This document shows positions 59,567 through 64,000 of a stretch of 64,000 bases of DNA, piece after piece. The translations under genes were made by a program, and so were the position numbers. The stretch covers positions 1 to 64,000 of the forward strand of contig JBCBZT010000021.1 of assembly GCA_039815185.1 (NCBI GenBank), given 5' to 3'. The DNA comes from Cyanobacteria bacterium P01_A01_bin.123 (GTDB taxonomy: Bacteria; Cyanobacteriota; Cyanobacteriia; Phormidesmidales; Phormidesmidaceae). Positions within the stretch are counted from its first letter, which is position 1. Each line of letters starts with the position of its first letter. The notes under the pieces are model-generated. The model saw nothing but the letters and a program-made list of their open reading frames with translations. It was not told where the DNA came from and made no database searches.

Positions 59567-61120
59567 TCAAGTGGGTAGTGATACTGTGTAACGAGCATGC
59601 TGCTCCGCTAATCCCAGTACTAACTGACCGTCATGCTCAACTTGAGAAGATCCAACCCAATGAAGATACTGATCTAAAGTCCCAAGTTCCTTTGCAACAG
59701 CCTTCAGAGAGAGTCGTCTCAGCACATCTATTGTTACTGGCCTTTTCTCATCCCAGAAAATCATAGAACTTAAGAACTCAATTGAAGGCCTTGATGTAAC
59801 CAATTCAAAAATATATTTAGCTTCCTTCTCAGTATCAAAAGACAAGAAATTTACGGTGTCGTCAAAAACGACTGCTTTCTCATCTAATGGGCCAACGATA
59901 CAGAAGTTCAATTTCTTGTAAAGTCCTGATATTGCTATTTTCCATTTCTTAAAAGTGTAAGAGCCAATGCCAAAAATTGAATATGGCGGCTTGTTCTTAT
60001 AAATTGAACTTTTTCTGTTCTTTAGATATTCATCATGTTCTAATAAATATTGCCATGTTTTCGGAAAATTTTCTTTGATAACACTCGTATCTTCAGCAAT
60101 TGATTTCTGCGTAATCAGGACAAGTTTACGATAAGACGTAACTCTATTATTGCCGATATCGGAACTTTTGAGGAGAGGGAATAGACACTCTTCCTCTAAA
60201 GAATACTTTTCTCCAAAACCATTGCAGAAAAGAGAACTGTCAATCTGTTCAAGCACCATGACTTTGGAACAATCATGTTTGACACCAGAACGCCATAAAT
60301 ATCTTAGATCTTGACCTGCCAGATGTTTCCATTGCTTATATAAAATTGTATTGCTTAGAAGCCATCCATCCCTTTCTCCAATGATATAAGATGGCTTTCC
60401 TGACTCTAAGCTTTCGTATACTTCACAGTCATAATTTCCATCGTCAGTGGAGAGTACAAAAAGGCATGCTTCCACTGATGCTCCAAAATAAGCCTTTGTG
60501 TCTATTAAATAGACATAGCCTGCGAATCTATGTCCCGAATCCTTTCTGACTTGACGCATGACTTTACGAGCGACTGAGTATTTGCATAAAACTGCTATAG
60601 TTCCTTCTCTCTTTGATAACCACTCTGCATGTTTCAATAGCATCCATTCTGAAATGTCGAAATTCCCTGATCCAGTAATTGCATCAATGCCTCGTCTATT
60701 TTGGAAATTGGATTTTGAAGGAATGTTTTTGCTATTGAGAGAACTCAATTCGCTACTCGTAACCCAAGGTGGATTGCCAATTATCAAAATATAGCCTGTA
60801 TGCTCTGAAATAATAGATTGCCAATCAGTAGTAAAAAAATCAGATTCTCTGAGTGTTACAGTGGCTGAGTTTGGATATCCAGAAATAGATGATTTAGCAT
60901 CCAAGATGTATTCGTTATTTATGTCTAAGCCTATGATCCTTGAGTTCTTAAACTCAGCAAGAGCAGCTCGAATAAATGCTCCTTTCCCACAACTTGGCTC
61001 TATAATAATCTGTGGCTTTATTTTGTGATTGAGCTTTAAAGTCGAAACTACTTTTCGGGCAAGATTTTCAGGGGTTTGAAAATCACCAAATTGCCACTTT
61101 AGCAATGATTTCTTTGCCAT
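59567..61120 (-). CDS. Gamma-class N6-adenine DNA methyltransferase (type II RM)
   Basis: GDFQTP, motif I IEPSCGKG before motif IV GNPPW; AT-rich. Confidence 0.88.
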   Translation of the reverse strand: MAKKSLLKWQFGDFQTPENLARKVVSTLKLNHKIKPQIIIEPSCGKGAFIRAALAEFKNSRIIGLDINNEYILDAKSSISGYPNSATVTLRESDFFTTDWQSIISEHTGYILIIGNPPWVTSSELSSLNSKNIPSKSNFQNRRGIDAITGSGNFDISEWMLLKHAEWLSKREGTIAVLCKYSVARKVMRQVRKDSGHRFAGYVYLIDTKAYFGASVEACLFVLSTDDGNYDCEVYESLESGKPSYIIGERDGWLLSNTILYKQWKHLAGQDLRYLWRSGVKHDCSKVMVLEQIDSSLFCNGFGEKYSLEEECLFPLLKSSDIGNNRVTSYRKLVLITQKSIAEDTSVIKENFPKTWQYLLEHDEYLKNRKSSIYKNKPPYSIFGIGSYTFKKWKIAISGLYKKLNFCIVGPLDEKAVVFDDTVNFLSFDTEKEAKYIFELVTSRPSIEFLSSMIFWDEKRPVTIDVLRRLSLKAVAKELGTLDQYLHWVGSSQVEHDGQLVLGLAEQHARYTVSLPT

Positions 61121-61774
61121 TTATCGAACTCTTAGTATTCCTGAAGTTTTTCCGGTCTTATCAATAACGCGGCGATATTGAAGCCTCCACTGAAGAGCAT
61201 TTGACATTGTTAAGTAGCCTTGATTTGGACGCGACTCTAAAATCCTATCAGCCAGTTGATTCGCACCGATTTCATCAACAGGAAGATGTCTTTCTAATAT
61301 GAAGGCAACAATATCATCTTTATTTGCATCTCGATCTAAGATCTCCCGTAGTCCTGTGGTAGTTTGAAAGTCAGCAGTTCTAGTTTTGTCTACAAAAACA
61401 GTGTGTTTGATATCTAACCTTCCAGTTCTATTTTCAGAGTCGTCATATTTTTCATAAACAAATACTAGAAGATGATATCCTAATCCAAAAACTTTCTGGG
61501 CTGCTGATTTAAATGGGCAAGAAGATTGGGGCTGTTTGATACTTGTCACTTTCATGTCAACTTCGAGACCAGGGAAATCAATACCTGACGCGGAATTACC
61601 TGGTTGATAGTCATAACTTTCGGATAAATATGCCGTAAACTTATGCTCAAGATAAGTGCCGATTGCTTTACCGTCTGTTATGCCATAAAGCGTAGGTTCG
61701 TTATATGCAGTTTCGACTTCAGCAAACTTGGCTGCCTCAATGCGCAAGTATTCGGCTGTCAATTCTCGCTTCAT
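61121..61774 (-). CDS. Type II restriction endonuclease, NspV-like
   Basis: GIDFP..VDMK PD-(D/E)xK core; LYGITDGKAIGTY, PQSSCPFKSA and SNALQWRLQY recalled from NspV-family enzymes. Stop abuts the MTase ATG. Confidence 0.8.
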   Translation of the reverse strand: MKRELTAEYLRIEAAKFAEVETAYNEPTLYGITDGKAIGTYLEHKFTAYLSESYDYQPGNSASGIDFPGLEVDMKVTSIKQPQSSCPFKSAAQKVFGLGYHLLVFVYEKYDDSENRTGRLDIKHTVFVDKTRTADFQTTTGLREILDRDANKDDIVAFILERHLPVDEIGANQLADRILESRPNQGYLTMSNALQWRLQYRRVIDKTGKTSGILRVR

Positions 61775-62000
61775 ACTGATTTTAATGATGGCTCACTCTA
61801 AATAGTACACTGCTCCTCTTGTTTGAAGTTGATATCTTCTTGGCTCAAGTTTCTTTAGAGATGTCAGGTATAAGAGCTTATATATTCAGGCACCTGAATA
61901 TAGAGTGAGAGTTACTGATTGACTGAGATTAAGGTAGGTGTGTCTCAGATGGACAGATGTAAGGAGTAGTTTTAACCCCTCATACTTCTCCCTTACGATC

Positions 62001-62843
62001 TCAATCAACTGCCCATCTGCAAGTCTCTTTCAGCAGATATTTCAACGACAGATCCATGATGAAGCCAATCACGCCGAGCACAATCAGGCAGGCGAAGATT
62101 GTGTCGGTTTGGAAGAATTTTTGAGCGAGTAAGATGCGTCTACCGAGGCCAGTTTCGGCTGCGACCAGTTCGGCGACAACCACCAGATTCCAAGAAGAAG
62201 CCATATTGATCCGAAAGGCATCGATGATGTTGGGCAACACATAAGGCGTAATCACCTGAAACATCACCTGTCGCCGTTGTCCCCCCAGGGTATAGGTCGT
62301 CTCTAACAGGTCTTTAGGCACAAACTTAACGGCATCCATAATCATCAGCGTGTTATAGAACACAGTGCCGATGAAAATTAGCGCAATTTTTGGGGCTTCA
62401 TCGAGACCCAGATAGATAATCAACAGGGGAGTAAAGGCAGGCGCTGGCATATAGCGAACGATGCCGATAATCGGTTCAAATAGCGATCGCAGACTGGCAA
62501 ACGCACCCATGGCAATGCCAATCGGCACTGAAACCAGCCCAGCCAACAAGAAGCCTGCGGCCACCCGCAAAAAGCTGGCGATAGTGTCATCGAGCAGAAA
62601 GCCATCGTTCCAAAGCTTGCCCAAAGCTTGAGCGACCTGTACTGGAGAAGGTAAAAACTTGTCTTCTACCCAGCCCAGACTGGCAATGAGCCACCAAGCC
62701 ATGAAGGGGATTGCCACGGATAAAATCACGAGAATAGTGCTCAGCGATCGCGGCACATCTTCCCCAATCCGCCAAAACACAGTGGGTTTGAGGCTGGGAG
62801 ATTTTTGAGCTGAGGTTTGAACTGAATTAGAAACAGTAGTCAC
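62001..62843 (-). CDS. ABC transporter permease (SsuC/TauC type)
   Basis: FLPSP, RYMPAPAF, ETTYTLG EAA-like loop, VVAELVAA..GLG. Confidence 0.94.
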   Translation of the reverse strand: MTTVSNSVQTSAQKSPSLKPTVFWRIGEDVPRSLSTILVILSVAIPFMAWWLIASLGWVEDKFLPSPVQVAQALGKLWNDGFLLDDTIASFLRVAAGFLLAGLVSVPIGIAMGAFASLRSLFEPIIGIVRYMPAPAFTPLLIIYLGLDEAPKIALIFIGTVFYNTLMIMDAVKFVPKDLLETTYTLGGQRRQVMFQVITPYVLPNIIDAFRINMASSWNLVVVAELVAAETGLGRRILLAQKFFQTDTIFACLIVLGVIGFIMDLSLKYLLKETCRWAVD

Positions 62844-63054
62844 GGTTCAGACTCCGTTAATTCGTCTTTTGTACTTTGCCTTTCGCCCCCCCTTCAAGCT
62901 AATGCGTATACATGAAAAAGGTAGGGATGATTCTTTAGCCAAAAAATATTCAGAGAAGGCGACTGTCAAAGTTGCTAAAGGTTTTTGGAGGCCCCCAAAG
63001 TTTCGGGTTTGGGGGCTTTGAGTCTTGTCAATGCCGACGCAACCGTGTTGATGC

Positions 63055-64000
63055 CTACTGCGCCTCGGCGTAAGCCTGAACAAACTGATCATCGAGCACT
63101 GCTTCTAGATCGGGGGCTTCGGGGATGAAGCCGACGCTTACCATGAAATCAGCCATTTGTTCGGCAGCGTAGGGCATAGACGTCATATCTTCCCCCGCTT
63201 GGAAGGCTTCTAGATTTTCCTCTAGGGTGAAGAACCGCGTTCCTTCTAAGTAAAGCCCAAACTCATCGGCGCTGACGCTGGCCCGTGCCGCCATAATTTC
63301 ATTGGCCCGTTCGGTGTTTTCTTCCATAAAGGCCAGAATGTCAAACCAGGTGTTGATAAGAGCCTGCACTTGCTCGGGCTGTTCATCCCGGAGGGTATGA
63401 CTCACCACCAGCAAATCGGGAATTGCCCCTGGATATTCCGCAGAACTAACCAGCTCCTTGCTGCCCTCACGGCTTAAGGCCGTTTCCCAGAAAGGCACCC
63501 AACCTGCGAAGGCATCGACCTGCTCGGCGGCGAAGGCGGTTGCCGCAGCCCCGGTCTCTAAGTTTTTGATCTCAACATCATCGCGGCTTAGCCCTGCATC
63601 TTCTAGCGCTAGACTCAGCAAAAAGTCCCCGACGACGCCTTCTTCTAGGGCAATGGACTTACCGGCAAGATCTTCGACGCTGTTGATATCTCCGGTGACG
63701 ATGATTTTGTCATTGCCTGCGGAGTTGTCGTTGACCAACACTGCGACTTCTCCATTGACGGCTGCATCTGCAAAGGAAATAGTGTCATTGAGGGTTTGGC
63801 AATTGGCATCCAGTTGTCCTGAGGCCAGCGCTTCCATCGAGGCTAAATACCCATCAAACCAAATCAGTTCAACGTTGGCCCCATTTTTTTCAAACAGACC
63901 TTCTTCCTCTGCGATCGCCCAAGGCCACCAGCCCGCCCAACTGCTGTAGCCCATTTTGATCGCTTCTCCGTCACTGGCCACTACTTCAGTCTCTAGGGCA
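63055..64000 (-). CDS. ABC transporter substrate-binding protein (5' end outside window), guanidine/urea-carboxylase-associated type
   Basis: Frame is open to the window edge; GYSSWAGWWPW, QTLNDT, DNSAGND, GAIPDL. Confidence 0.85.
   Translation of the reverse strand, partial: ALETEVVASDGEAIKMGYSSWAGWWPWAIAEEEGLFEKNGANVELIWFDGYLASMEALASGQLDANCQTLNDTISFADAAVNGEVAVLVNDNSAGNDKIIVTGDINSVEDLAGKSIALEEGVVGDFLLSLALEDAGLSRDDVEIKNLETGAAATAFAAEQVDAFAGWVPFWETALSREGSKELVSSAEYPGAIPDLLVVSHTLRDEQPEQVQALINTWFDILAFMEENTERANEIMAARASVSADEFGLYLEGTRFFTLEENLEAFQAGEDMTSMPYAAEQMADFMVSVGFIPEAPDLEAVLDDQFVQAYAEAQ

Larger units (their letters stand above)
59450..61990. mobile_element. Horizontally acquired RM insertion within an ABC operon (boundaries approximate)
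   Basis: Low GC, no HIP1, separates permease from ATPase; no integrase or transposase present. Confidence 0.65.

Noticed and set aside
62847..63054. 81-aa ORF or riboswitch between SBP and permease
   Set aside because: Low-complexity ORF overlapping the SBP end; only a simple intercistronic hairpin (CCCCCAAA/TTTGGGGG) is evident.
1..64000. Very frequent GCGATCGC octamer as a novel repeat
   Set aside because: This is the well-known cyanobacterial HIP1; it is used here only as a marker of native versus foreign DNA.

Overview
This is a 64 kb chromosomal segment from a cyanobacterium. The HIP1 octamer GCGATCGC is very dense, and the gene set suggests (inference) a filamentous, probably non-heterocystous Leptolyngbya/Nodosilinea-like organism. 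Most of it is ordinary core and signalling genes: uvrC, rlmN, glgA, glgX, dnaK, comF, codA, cobM, prlC, a PAS/GAF diguanylate cyclase, a hybrid histidine kinase and a Ser/Thr kinase-TPR protein. The most notable items are: (1) an NsiR1-like small RNA with a DIF1-type TCCGGA promoter motif, divergent from cobM; (2) an AT-rich, HIP1-free NspV-like type II restriction-modification pair inserted inside an ABC transporter operon of the guanidine/urea-carboxylase-associated type; (3) an AT-rich orphan lipoprotein gene bracketed by inverted HIP1+REP-like repeats; (4) a ~100 bp structured dispersed repeat present twice; (5) several proteins with degenerate catalytic motifs (REC-TrxB without CxxC, a PEP-synthase-like protein with a decayed ATP-grasp, a CBCR-like GAF lacking the first Cys). 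I saw no rRNA, tRNA, CRISPR array or intact transposase. All family assignments come from motif recognition, not database searches.
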